Position numbers and translations under genes: made by a program. A model generated the notes under the pieces. It saw only the letters and a program-made list of their open reading frames with translations, searched no databases and was not told the origin of the DNA. Shown here in pieces: positions 1 to 8,688 of a stretch of DNA of 33,795 nucleotides (the stretch's first letter is position 1; every line of letters begins with the position of its first letter). Origin of the DNA: Candidatus Sulfobium sp. (GTDB lineage Bacteria; Nitrospirota; Thermodesulfovibrionia; Thermodesulfovibrionales; UBA6898); NCBI GenBank assembly GCA_037380845.1, contig JARRRI010000025.1, positions 1 through 33,795 on the forward strand, in the 5' to 3' direction.

Positions 1-179
1 CTGATGACCATAGGCAAAAGAGTTGAAGATATGAATCTCGACTTCTTCTGATATAAAATATAACAAAAGTGGTAATATAATGGCTCTGATGGGATTCACA
101 ATTTCTTCACGAAATTTTCGTATCCTATGGAAAACAAAGGCGTTTTAAAGCGTCTGTAAAGGGAGACCAGAGGACTGAG

Positions 180-1616
180 ATGAAAGAACATGATGTTTTC
201 GATGAAATAATAGAGTTGGGTAAGAAGCGGGGAACGCTCACGTATGATGAAATAAATGACGCCCTGCCGTCCGAGTTTTTCTCGCCCGACGAGCTTGAGG
301 ACCGTCTGGAACTGCTGAAGGACCTGGGGATCAAGGTCGTAGACAGCGAGGAACAGGACATCTTTGAATCCGAGGCCCTTGAAGAGGAGGAGCCCGAAGA
401 GGAGGAGAGGTCAGAAGACTTGGTCCAGGCATATTTTCATTCGATGGGGAATATCACCATTCTCACCAGGGACGCCGAGACCGAGCTTGCAAAGAGACTC
501 GAAGAAGGCAGAAGTATCGTAAAGGAAATCGTCACATCTCTGCCTTTATACAACAGGATCGAGAGCAGCCTGACGAATACCGGCGACGTGGAATGGACTG
601 AAGAGGAGGAGAAGGAAAAAGCGGACGAAGCCCTCCATACGTCTCTGACAATCCTCGACAACACAATGCGGAAAGTGGAGGAGGCGGACAGGAAGATCGG
701 GAGGCATGGCTCTCTGAAGAACCTGAAACGGACCGTTTCCGAAAAGAAGAAGAAGAACATCAACCCGGCAAAGCTCCAGGCGCTGGCCAAGGAGGTTGGT
801 GCCGTCTATAAACAGGCTGAAGCCGAAACGGGGATCAAGATAGACGAGCTGAAGGCCGGGTGGGAGAGGATTCTGAGGGCCCGGGCATTGTATGAAGAGT
901 CCAAGAACGAGCTGACAACACGGAATCTCAGGCTGGTAGTGAATATCGCCAAGAACTATATAGGCAGGGGGCTTTCCCTTCTGGACCTTATACAGGAGGG
1001 TAACATAGGACTTATGAAGGCAGTCGACAAGTTCAAATACGAGAAGGGCTTCAAGTTCAGCACATATGCAACCTGGTGGATCAGGCAGGCGATGACGCGG
1101 GCCCTGATAGACCAGACAAAGACAATAAGGGTCCCCGTACACATGATGGAATTTTACAACAGGGTTACCAAGGCGACCCGGGAACTTACCCAGGAGCTGG
1201 GGAGAGAACCCGTGGACGACGAAATAGCAGAAAAGCTTGGCGTTCCCAAGAGGAAGGTGGAAGAGGTCTTCAGGGCCATCCAGGACCCGATTGCATTACA
1301 GACACCGGTGGGCGATGAAGACACCGAGCTTGAAGATTTCATCGGGGACGAGAGCAAGCCTTCCCCTTACGAGGATGCCGAGCAGACGGAAATGTCCGAG
1401 CAGATGATCATGATCTTGAAGACGCTTACCCCCAAGGAAGAGCAGGTTATAAGGATGAGGTTCGGGATAGGTGTTGACAGGGATCACACTCTTGAAGAAG
1501 TGGGGAGGCATCTGGCGATCACAAGAGAAAGGGTGAGGCAGATCGAGGCAAAAGCATTGAGAAAGCTCAAGCACCCTCACAGGATGAAAGCGCTGAAGAA
1601 CCTGATTACCGCCTGA
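180..1616 (+). CDS. rpoD: RNA polymerase sigma-70 factor, RpoD/SigA-like (possibly a non-primary paralogue)
   Basis: Region 1.1 (ELGKKRGTLTYDEIND), region 2 (NLRLVVNIAKNY...DLIQEGNIGLMKAVDKF...FSTYATWWIRQA) and region 4 (TLEEVG...TRERVRQIEAKALRKLKHP). RBS GAGGA upstream. Confidence 0.9.
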   Translation: MKEHDVFDEIIELGKKRGTLTYDEINDALPSEFFSPDELEDRLELLKDLGIKVVDSEEQDIFESEALEEEEPEEEERSEDLVQAYFHSMGNITILTRDAETELAKRLEEGRSIVKEIVTSLPLYNRIESSLTNTGDVEWTEEEEKEKADEALHTSLTILDNTMRKVEEADRKIGRHGSLKNLKRTVSEKKKKNINPAKLQALAKEVGAVYKQAEAETGIKIDELKAGWERILRARALYEESKNELTTRNLRLVVNIAKNYIGRGLSLLDLIQEGNIGLMKAVDKFKYEKGFKFSTYATWWIRQAMTRALIDQTKTIRVPVHMMEFYNRVTKATRELTQELGREPVDDEIAEKLGVPKRKVEEVFRAIQDPIALQTPVGDEDTELEDFIGDESKPSPYEDAEQTEMSEQMIMILKTLTPKEEQVIRMRFGIGVDRDHTLEEVGRHLAITRERVRQIEAKALRKLKHPHRMKALKNLITA

Positions 1617-1634
1617 TACACCGGCACGGTGCCG

Positions 1635-2174
1635 TCAGGATGCCTTCCTGAGCCTTGCAAACCTTGTAAGGAGACCGTCACGTGAGAGTTCGAGAGCGCA
1701 GCCCAGGTCCTCAAACATCGAGACCGTTTCTTTCATGGCTTTTTCTCCGACCTCCAGGGTGGGTTCATAGATAGAGATAAAACCGCCTTTTTTTAATATC
1801 CTGCATATATTGGAGGCGGACGCCTCCCTGTTTCTGACTTCATGGAAGCTGTAATACAGGATGCAGACGTCGGCGATGCTTTCTTCCACCGGCGATAAAG
1901 ATATGTCGCCTTTTACAATCTCTACCTTACCGGGTTGCGGCGGCACCCTTTTTTTAAGCTTTCTTACCATTCCTTCCTGGAGTTCGACTGCGATTATCTT
2001 TCGGGCGCGCCGGACGAGGACCTCTGTCAGGAACCCGTTACCGGCACCTGCTTCGAGCACGACGGAGTCGGTTGTGACGCCTGATTCGTCGAGGATCCTC
2101 CCGCGGTCCGTAAGGAGTTTCCTCACCGGGTTATACAGGATAAATGAAAGCCATGAGGGGCAGACAAATGACAT
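1635..2174 (-). CDS. Class I SAM-dependent methyltransferase
   Basis: Motif I VLEAGAGNG, acidic post-I AVE, GD motif and LKKGG. Start placed at ATG 2174 behind an AAAGGAG RBS. Confidence 0.85.
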   Translation of the reverse strand: MSFVCPSWLSFILYNPVRKLLTDRGRILDESGVTTDSVVLEAGAGNGFLTEVLVRRARKIIAVELQEGMVRKLKKRVPPQPGKVEIVKGDISLSPVEESIADVCILYYSFHEVRNREASASNICRILKKGGFISIYEPTLEVGEKAMKETVSMFEDLGCALELSRDGLLTRFARLRKAS

Positions 2175-2347
2175 CAGTTCACTCCTTTCGGTTGAAGTTT
2201 GTCCTGTCATGTTATCACAATGAAGGGACCTTTTTTCCGGAGGCGGAGATCACTTGATTTTGGCAACTTTTTGTGAGCTAATAGTAGGAAGTGAATTAAT
2301 TATGGCGGACAAAGGGTTTCTTGTGAAACGGGAGCGGCTATAAACGG

Positions 2348-3088
2348 ATGGAACGGTTTCTGGATTTCGCTATCCTCCCCCAGCCTGACGAGACCACGTG
2401 CGGACCATCGTGCCTGCACGCCGTCTACAGATATTACGGGTATGATATATCTCTGGACCAGGTGATACGGGAAGTGAGAAACCTGGAGGGAGGCGGCACA
2501 CTGGACGTATTCCTCGCCATACATGCCCTCAGAAGGGGCTTTTCCGCCGTGATATATACCTACAACCTGGCTGTCTTCGATCCCACCTGGTTTAAACAGG
2601 GCGGGGCAGACCTGAAAGAACGGCTGCTTGCACAGATGAGGGCGAAGGACGAACCGAAGCTGCACGTAGCCACAAGAGGATACCTTGAATTCCTCGATCT
2701 TGGCGGTCAAATCCGTTTTGAGGACCTTACCACTGCCATTATCAGAAAATACCTCAAGAGGTCGGTCCCTATCATAACGGGCCTCAGTTCCACTTACCTT
2801 TACCGCAGCGCCAGGGAGGTGGGGGAAAAGGGGGAAGAAGATGACATAAGGGGCGAGCCCGCGGGCCACTTTGTCGTGCTCTGTGGTTATAACCGGGAAG
2901 AACGCACCGTCCTGGTTGCCGACCCCTTTTCCCCGAACCCGTTTTCGGAGAGCCACACTTATCTGGTAAATATCGACCGCGTCTTGTGTTCCATTCTCCT
3001 CGGGGTCCTCACATACGACGCAAACTTCCTGATTGTCAGGCCTAACAGGCCCTCCGACGCCCATGCCGATCCTGATCGTCGTAAATGA
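2348..3088 (+). CDS. C39-like (papain-fold) cysteine peptidase
   Basis: QPDETTCGPSCL (oxyanion Q and catalytic C), GHFVVL (H), VADP (D). Stand-alone, with no ABC-transporter domain. Confidence 0.8.
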   Translation: MERFLDFAILPQPDETTCGPSCLHAVYRYYGYDISLDQVIREVRNLEGGGTLDVFLAIHALRRGFSAVIYTYNLAVFDPTWFKQGGADLKERLLAQMRAKDEPKLHVATRGYLEFLDLGGQIRFEDLTTAIIRKYLKRSVPIITGLSSTYLYRSAREVGEKGEEDDIRGEPAGHFVVLCGYNREERTVLVADPFSPNPFSESHTYLVNIDRVLCSILLGVLTYDANFLIVRPNRPSDAHADPDRRK

Positions 3089-4538
3089 CCCGAAAGACCT
3101 TCCGCTTCACTTCGAGGGAGTGGAAGTCGTTTCGGCAAAGACCTATCTGACCGGTTCCGGTTATGCATTGATGCGCGGAGCCAAGGTCTTCAACCTCTGC
3201 ACGTCATACCGTTACCAGAGCACCGGATACTATGTTTCACTTCTCGCGGCCGCCAGGGGGCACAAACCCGTCCCTAACATAACGACCATACAGGACCTGA
3301 AGTCGCAGAAGCTTGTCCGCCTCGCCTCGGAAGACCTTGATGAACTCATAGGAAGGAGCCTTTCCCCGCTGCAGTCGAGTGAATTTATTCTGAGCATTTA
3401 TTTCGGCAGGAACCTCGCAAAGCGTTACGACCGTCTTAGCCTCCGTCTTTTTAAGCTCTTCCAGGCGCCGTTTCTGCGGGCTCTTTTCATGTTCAACGGG
3501 AAGAGCCGCAGGTGGTATCTCCACAGCGTGACGCCCATGGCGGCAAACGAGATCCCGGAAGACCACAGAGATTTCGCTGTCAGGACGGCCCAGGAATTTT
3601 TTGCCAGAAGGCCGCGTGTTTCCCGAAAGGCCGCATACAGATATGACCTTGCCGTCCTCCATAATCCTCTGGAGAAGGAGCCTCCTTCGGACCCGCGGGC
3701 ATTGAAAAAATTCGTGAAGGCAGCGGAGTCCCTGGGGATGGCGGCGGAGATGATCGAGAAGGACGATATCGGTCGGCTTCCCGAGTTCGACGCCCTCTTT
3801 ATTCGGGAGACCACGAGCGTGACTCATCACACCTACCGCTTTGCCCGCCGGGCGCTGGCCGAAGGACTGGTCGTTGTGGACGATCCCGAGTCGATCCTCA
3901 AATGCACCAACAAAGTGTTTCTCGCCGAGGTCCTGGGGAGGCACAGGATTTTGACCCCGAAGACTCTGATCGTTCATCGCGAAAACAGCGGTGCCGTATG
4001 CCGTACCCTCGGGTTGCCCTGTGTCCTGAAAAAGCCGGACAGTTCTTTTTCCCAGGGCGTCGTGAAGGTCGGGAGCGACAAGGAACTGATGGAAAACGTC
4101 CATAAGATGCTTGAACGGTCGGACCTCATCATTGCGCAGGAACTTATCGAGACGGAATATGACTGGCGTGTCGGGATCTTCAACCGCCAGCCGTTATTTG
4201 TCTGCAAGTACTTCATGGCCAGACATCACTGGCAGATTATAAAAAGAGATGCCGCGGGAAAAAAGACCGGGGAAGGGGACTGGGATACTCTGTCTGTCGA
4301 GTATGCTCCTACGCGCCTTATCAAGACTGCACTGAGAGCCGCGAACCTTATAGGAGACGGCTTTTACGGAGTGGACATCAAGCAGGTGGGAGACAGGTTT
4401 TATGTTATCGAGGTAAACGACAACCCGAGCATCGAGAGCGGCGTCGAAGACCGGGTGCTCAAAGACGAGCTCTACCTGAGGATTATGAGGGTGATTCTCC
4501 GCAGGATCGAGCAAATAAAGGAGGGGTACCTTCCGTGA
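3063..4538 (+). CDS. RimK-like ATP-grasp ligase with N-terminal RLAN-type extension
   Basis: ATP-grasp motifs CTNK, PCVLKKPDSSFSQGVVKV, QE, DWR and YGVDIK...VIEVNDNP. N-terminal NLCTSYRYQSTGYYVSLLAAARGH is typical of RLAN. ATG 3063 overlaps the end of the upstream gene. Confidence 0.88.
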   Translation: MPILIVVNDPKDLPLHFEGVEVVSAKTYLTGSGYALMRGAKVFNLCTSYRYQSTGYYVSLLAAARGHKPVPNITTIQDLKSQKLVRLASEDLDELIGRSLSPLQSSEFILSIYFGRNLAKRYDRLSLRLFKLFQAPFLRALFMFNGKSRRWYLHSVTPMAANEIPEDHRDFAVRTAQEFFARRPRVSRKAAYRYDLAVLHNPLEKEPPSDPRALKKFVKAAESLGMAAEMIEKDDIGRLPEFDALFIRETTSVTHHTYRFARRALAEGLVVVDDPESILKCTNKVFLAEVLGRHRILTPKTLIVHRENSGAVCRTLGLPCVLKKPDSSFSQGVVKVGSDKELMENVHKMLERSDLIIAQELIETEYDWRVGIFNRQPLFVCKYFMARHHWQIIKRDAAGKKTGEGDWDTLSVEYAPTRLIKTALRAANLIGDGFYGVDIKQVGDRFYVIEVNDNPSIESGVEDRVLKDELYLRIMRVILRRIEQIKEGYLP

Positions 4539-5773
4539 GGAGAAAGCCCGGGCTTTTTGAAGGCTATGGTGTGGAGCTCGAATACATGATCGTCGACAGA
4601 TCTACACTTGATGTGCTTCCCGTCTCAGACGAGGTACTTCGTGCTGCAGCGGGAAGATATACCACAGAGTTCGAAGAGGGCCCTGTTGTATGGTCCAACG
4701 AGCTGGTGCTACACGTCATGGAGATCAAGAACAATGGACCTGCAGGGTCCCTCGACGGGCTGGCAGAAAAATTTCAAAAGGGTATTCTGCGCATTAACGG
4801 GATACTCGAAGGGTTCGGCGGGAAGCTCATGCCCTCGGGCATGCATCCATGGATGGACCCTTCGACGGAGACAAGACTCTGGCCCCGCAGGAACAGGAAT
4901 ATCTACGAGACTTACGACCGCATCTTCGACTGCCGCAACCATGGCTGGTCGAACATCCAGAGCGTACACCTCAACCTCCCTTTCAGGGGGGACGAACAAT
5001 TCGGGAGGCTTCACGCCGCGGTCCGTCTTCTCATCCCGCTGATGCCGGCTGTCGCTGCAAGTTCTCCAATAGTAGGGGGAAGAATATCGGGGCTGATGGA
5101 CTCACGCCTGTACTATTACGGAGAGAACCAGTTTAAGGTCCCTTCTATTACCGGAAAGGTAATACCGGAGGCGGTCTTCACGAGGGAGGAATACGAAAGC
5201 AAAATCCTGAGGAAAATTTACAGGGGGATAGCTAAATACGACACCGAAGGTGTCCTAGGTTACGAGTGGGTGAACTCGCGTGGGGCCATCCCCAGGTTCG
5301 ACAGGAGTACCATAGAGATCAGGACGCTGGACGTCCAGGAAAGTCCTCTTGCCGATCTGGCACTTGCGGTCAGTATCTCGGCCGTAACCAAGGCGCTGAT
5401 TGACGAACTCTGGTGTGGTTACGGAGAGCAGAAGGCGTGGGGTATCGACCCTCTCCGGACCGTCCTTGAGGAGACGATGCGTTACGGGGAAAAAGCCGTT
5501 ATCGGAAACCCTTCATATCTGCGGGCTTTCGGTTTAAAGGCGGAACGGGCCACCGCACTGACTCTATGGAAGCACCTGCGAAAGGAGGTGCTCATCCACG
5601 ACCCTTCCTTCGGGGATGAGGCGGCCGGCGCAATGGACGTCATCCTGGGAAAAGGACCTCTTTCCAGACGGATACTTACGGCTGCGGGCAGAAAGCCCGG
5701 GCCGGCGAAAATCAGGACTGTATATGAAAGGCTCTGTGACTGTCTGATGAAAGGAGAGATGTTTCCTGGGTAG
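4535..5773 (+). CDS. Glutamate-cysteine ligase family 2 (GCS2, carboxylate-amine ligase)
   Basis: GVELEY, ELVLHVMEIK, GMHP, SVHLN, ASSP and IEIRTLD motifs. GTGA overlap with the upstream stop. Confidence 0.85.
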   Translation: MRRKPGLFEGYGVELEYMIVDRSTLDVLPVSDEVLRAAAGRYTTEFEEGPVVWSNELVLHVMEIKNNGPAGSLDGLAEKFQKGILRINGILEGFGGKLMPSGMHPWMDPSTETRLWPRRNRNIYETYDRIFDCRNHGWSNIQSVHLNLPFRGDEQFGRLHAAVRLLIPLMPAVAASSPIVGGRISGLMDSRLYYYGENQFKVPSITGKVIPEAVFTREEYESKILRKIYRGIAKYDTEGVLGYEWVNSRGAIPRFDRSTIEIRTLDVQESPLADLALAVSISAVTKALIDELWCGYGEQKAWGIDPLRTVLEETMRYGEKAVIGNPSYLRAFGLKAERATALTLWKHLRKEVLIHDPSFGDEAAGAMDVILGKGPLSRRILTAAGRKPGPAKIRTVYERLCDCLMKGEMFPG

Positions 5774-6488
5774 GGGTGTCAGAGTAATTGTCTCCTGCGA
5801 GCACGCCGGAAACGAAGTGCCGGGGCCGTTTCGCCCCCTTTTCAGGGGGTATGGCGGCATGCTTCGGAGTCACCGGGGTTACGACGTCGGTGCAATGGAA
5901 CTGGCCGGCACCGTCGCGAAACGCTTCGGTGCCGTTCCATTTTCGTCGACAGTCACCCGACTTCTCGTGGACGTGAACCGTTCTCCTGACAACCCGGCGC
6001 GTTTTTCAGAGGTATCCCGCGTACTCACGGCTTCTGAAAAGAAGTCCGTCATGAACAACCACTATTGGCCCTGGCGGCAAGAGGTAGAATCGGAGATAGG
6101 TCGTCTCTGCCGGACAGGGAAGAAGGTGCTTCACCTCTCGGTCCATACCTTTACGCCGGTACTGGACGAAAAAGTCCGTTCCGCGGATGCCGGTCTGCTG
6201 TATGATCCTGCAAGAAAGGGGGAGGGCCTCTTCTGCAGGCGGTGGAAACGACGGCTGCAGGACCTGCAACCATCCCTGAACGTGCGTCTTAATTACCCGT
6301 ATGCCGGAAAATCAGACGGTTTCACCACCCATCTCCGCTCCCTCTTTATGGAGAAATTTTATCTGGGCATCGAAATCGAGGTGAATCAGAAGTACGCGCT
6401 CCGCAGGCCAGGGAGATGGAAAGAGATACAGCGCGCTATTGTTAATTCGCTGGATCTGACCCTTAAGGAATATGAAAGATCCACGTAG
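5766..6488 (+). CDS. N-formylglutamate amidohydrolase family protein
   Basis: VIVSCEHAGN (upstream of the listed ORF start), GYDVGA, RLLVDVNR, HLSVHTF and IEIEVNQ. Start uncertain; CTG 5766 behind AAGGAG is proposed. Confidence 0.8.
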   Translation: MGRGVRVIVSCEHAGNEVPGPFRPLFRGYGGMLRSHRGYDVGAMELAGTVAKRFGAVPFSSTVTRLLVDVNRSPDNPARFSEVSRVLTASEKKSVMNNHYWPWRQEVESEIGRLCRTGKKVLHLSVHTFTPVLDEKVRSADAGLLYDPARKGEGLFCRRWKRRLQDLQPSLNVRLNYPYAGKSDGFTTHLRSLFMEKFYLGIEIEVNQKYALRRPGRWKEIQRAIVNSLDLTLKEYERST

Positions 6489-6608
6489 ATTTGTCCGGAC
6501 ATTCCCTGTCAACCCCTTTGCCTCTTTTTATAGGGGATACAGCGGAATTTGCAGTCAGCCGATATTTTTGGATGGGATCTCAGGCGGCCTGAGACCGGCT
6601 AACCGGGC

Positions 6609-7250
6609 CTACTCGGACCAGCCGTGGGAGCCGATCAGAGGGACGAAGACGCAGGGCGTATGATATTCCTCGGCCAGGCCCTCTTTGGTCTTCCTTATCC
6701 TGAGAAGCTGCTGTGAATGCCTGCTTCCCACGGGTATCACGAGGATGCCACCTTCTTTAAGCTGTTGCAGAAGAGGGCCGGGGATTTCAGGGGCGGCTGC
6801 GGTTATAATTATACGGTCGAAAGGGGCCTGCTCCGGCCATCCGAGGGTACCGTCTCCAGATTTCACATGCACGTTTTCGCAGGAAAGAGAGCGCAGTACG
6901 GAGGCCGCCTTCTCGGCAAGGGAGGGGAACCTCTCGATGGTATAAACCTCGCGGCTTAGTTCAGAAAGGACCGCGGCCTGGTAGCCGGAGCCGGTCCCGA
7001 TCTCCAGGACTTTCTCGGTGCCGCCGAGTTCGAGCAGCTCGGTCATTATGGCGACCATGTAAGGCTGAGAGATAGTCTGGCCGTCGCCGATGGGCAACGC
7101 CATGTCGTCGTAAGCATTGCGTTGAACGAGAGCCTCCACAAAAAGATGTCTCGGTACCCGTGCCATCGCATCCAGGACCCTGCGGTCCTTGATCCCTCTC
7201 GGAATCAGCTGGGTCTTTACCATCTCCTCTCTCAGCGCCTTATCGTCCAT
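6609..7250 (-). CDS. pcm: Protein-L-isoaspartate O-methyltransferase
   Basis: VPRHLFV, GQTISQPYMVA, VLEIGTGSGYQAAVL, APFDRII and FVPLIG. Confidence 0.95.
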   Translation of the reverse strand: MDDKALREEMVKTQLIPRGIKDRRVLDAMARVPRHLFVEALVQRNAYDDMALPIGDGQTISQPYMVAIMTELLELGGTEKVLEIGTGSGYQAAVLSELSREVYTIERFPSLAEKAASVLRSLSCENVHVKSGDGTLGWPEQAPFDRIIITAAAPEIPGPLLQQLKEGGILVIPVGSRHSQQLLRIRKTKEGLAEEYHTPCVFVPLIGSHGWSE

Positions 7251-7296
7251 TAATAAATACCGCAGCGAACTTCTGTTTGGCGAATCCCATGCCTTT

Positions 7297-8688
7297 TCAT
7301 GACAAACGGTCCAGTATCTCTCTTGCGGCCACCACGCCCGAGGCGGAAGCCTGTATGAGGCCGCGGCTTACCCCGGCACCGTCACCTACTGCAAACATGT
7401 CCTTCACCTCGGTCTCCAGGTGGTCGGAAAGTTTGAGCTGCCTTGAATAAAATTTGACCTCGACGCCGTATAGCAGCGTATGGCGTGAGCTCACCCCCGG
7501 GGCGATGCTGTCAAGGGCCTCCAGCATTTCCATTATATCACAGAGATATCTGTACGGAAGCACGAAACTGAGATCCCCCGGCGTCGCGTCCCTCAGAGTG
7601 GGCCGTACTACGCCCTTCGAAATCCGTTCCGGCGTAGACCGCCTTCCCGCTGCGAGATCGCCCAGTCTTTGGACTATTACACCGTCCCCCAGGAAGTTGG
7701 CAAGCTGAGCTATATATCTGCCATAGGAAATGGGTTCGTCGAACGGCTCCGTGAAATGGGTGCTGACGAGGAGGGCAAAGTTGGTATTGTTCGTTTTCCG
7801 CTTCGCGTAGCTGTGGCCGTTTACCGTCCATATACCCTTCAGGTATTCCTTCACAACTTCACCGTAAGGGTTTACGCAAAAAGTCCTGACCTTGTCGTCG
7901 AACCTCTTTGAATAGAAGAGAAGCTTCGGTTCGTAGGTCGCCTTCGTGAGGGGCTCGAAGACCGGCGCGGGCAGTTCTATCCTCACGCCGATATCGACCG
8001 GGTTTTTAAGAAGGGTGAGGTCCAGCCGCCTGGATTCCTCCTCCAGCCACCTCGATCCCTCCCTTCCGGGCGCGAGGACCAGGTGCCCCGACAGGAACTC
8101 CGTCCCGTCTTTCAGCCTGACCCCCTTGCACCTGCCGTTTTCTACTATGACCGCCTCGGCCTCGGTCTGAAAGAGGACGTCTACCTTCCTGTTGATGTCT
8201 TCCTTTATCCTTTTAAGGAGCGCGCCACACCTGTCAGTACCGATATGCCTTATCCTGGAAGGGACGAGAACGAGATTGTTCTTTGCCGCCAGCCTTTCCA
8301 GTTCATGGACCTCCTCCGGCCTGCTGCCGAACAAATTTTTCGGTGCTCCGTAATGGACATAGATGTCATCGACATAGCGTATCAGCGTTTTTACATTGTC
8401 CTTGTCCATATAACGCGAGAGGAACCCGCCGACCTCGGGGGACAGGCTGAGTTTACCGTCGCTGAAGGCCCCCGCCCCGCCCCATCCGCTCAAAAGGTCG
8501 CACTCCCGGCACCTGGTGCACGAAATATCCCTGATGATGAGGGGACAGGCCCTCCGGTCGATGTCCTTGCCCTTTTCAATCATAAGGACCTTCGGTCTCT
8601 TGCGCGATTTCAGCAGTTCCAGGGCGGTAAATATGCCGGCCGGACCAGCCCCTATGATTATCACATCATATTTCTTTGTCCGCTTCAT
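7297..8688 (-). CDS. Uncharacterised FAD/NAD(P)-dependent oxidoreductase (COG2509-like)
   Basis: DVIIIGAGPAG, GWGGAGAFSDGKL, RTFCVNPYG, VNGHS and GDGAGVSRGL. Start at ATG 8688 (MKRTKK). Confidence 0.85.
   Translation of the reverse strand: MKRTKKYDVIIIGAGPAGIFTALELLKSRKRPKVLMIEKGKDIDRRACPLIIRDISCTRCRECDLLSGWGGAGAFSDGKLSLSPEVGGFLSRYMDKDNVKTLIRYVDDIYVHYGAPKNLFGSRPEEVHELERLAAKNNLVLVPSRIRHIGTDRCGALLKRIKEDINRKVDVLFQTEAEAVIVENGRCKGVRLKDGTEFLSGHLVLAPGREGSRWLEEESRRLDLTLLKNPVDIGVRIELPAPVFEPLTKATYEPKLLFYSKRFDDKVRTFCVNPYGEVVKEYLKGIWTVNGHSYAKRKTNNTNFALLVSTHFTEPFDEPISYGRYIAQLANFLGDGVIVQRLGDLAAGRRSTPERISKGVVRPTLRDATPGDLSFVLPYRYLCDIMEMLEALDSIAPGVSSRHTLLYGVEVKFYSRQLKLSDHLETEVKDMFAVGDGAGVSRGLIQASASGVVAAREILDRLS

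Noticed and set aside
2261..2275. Possible sigma54 promoter TGGCAACTTTTTGT before the ligase operon
   Set aside because: The spacing is 9 nt rather than 10 and the -12 element is GT, not GC.
2211..2347. RiPP (graspetide-like) precursor peptide near the ATP-grasp/C39 genes
   Set aside because: No short ORF with a leader or repeated core motifs here or in 6489-6608, so a RiPP interpretation is not supported.
5766..6488. Calling the amidohydrolase hutG and the GCS2 gene gshA
   Set aside because: No hut or gshB genes nearby; family membership alone does not fix the substrate.
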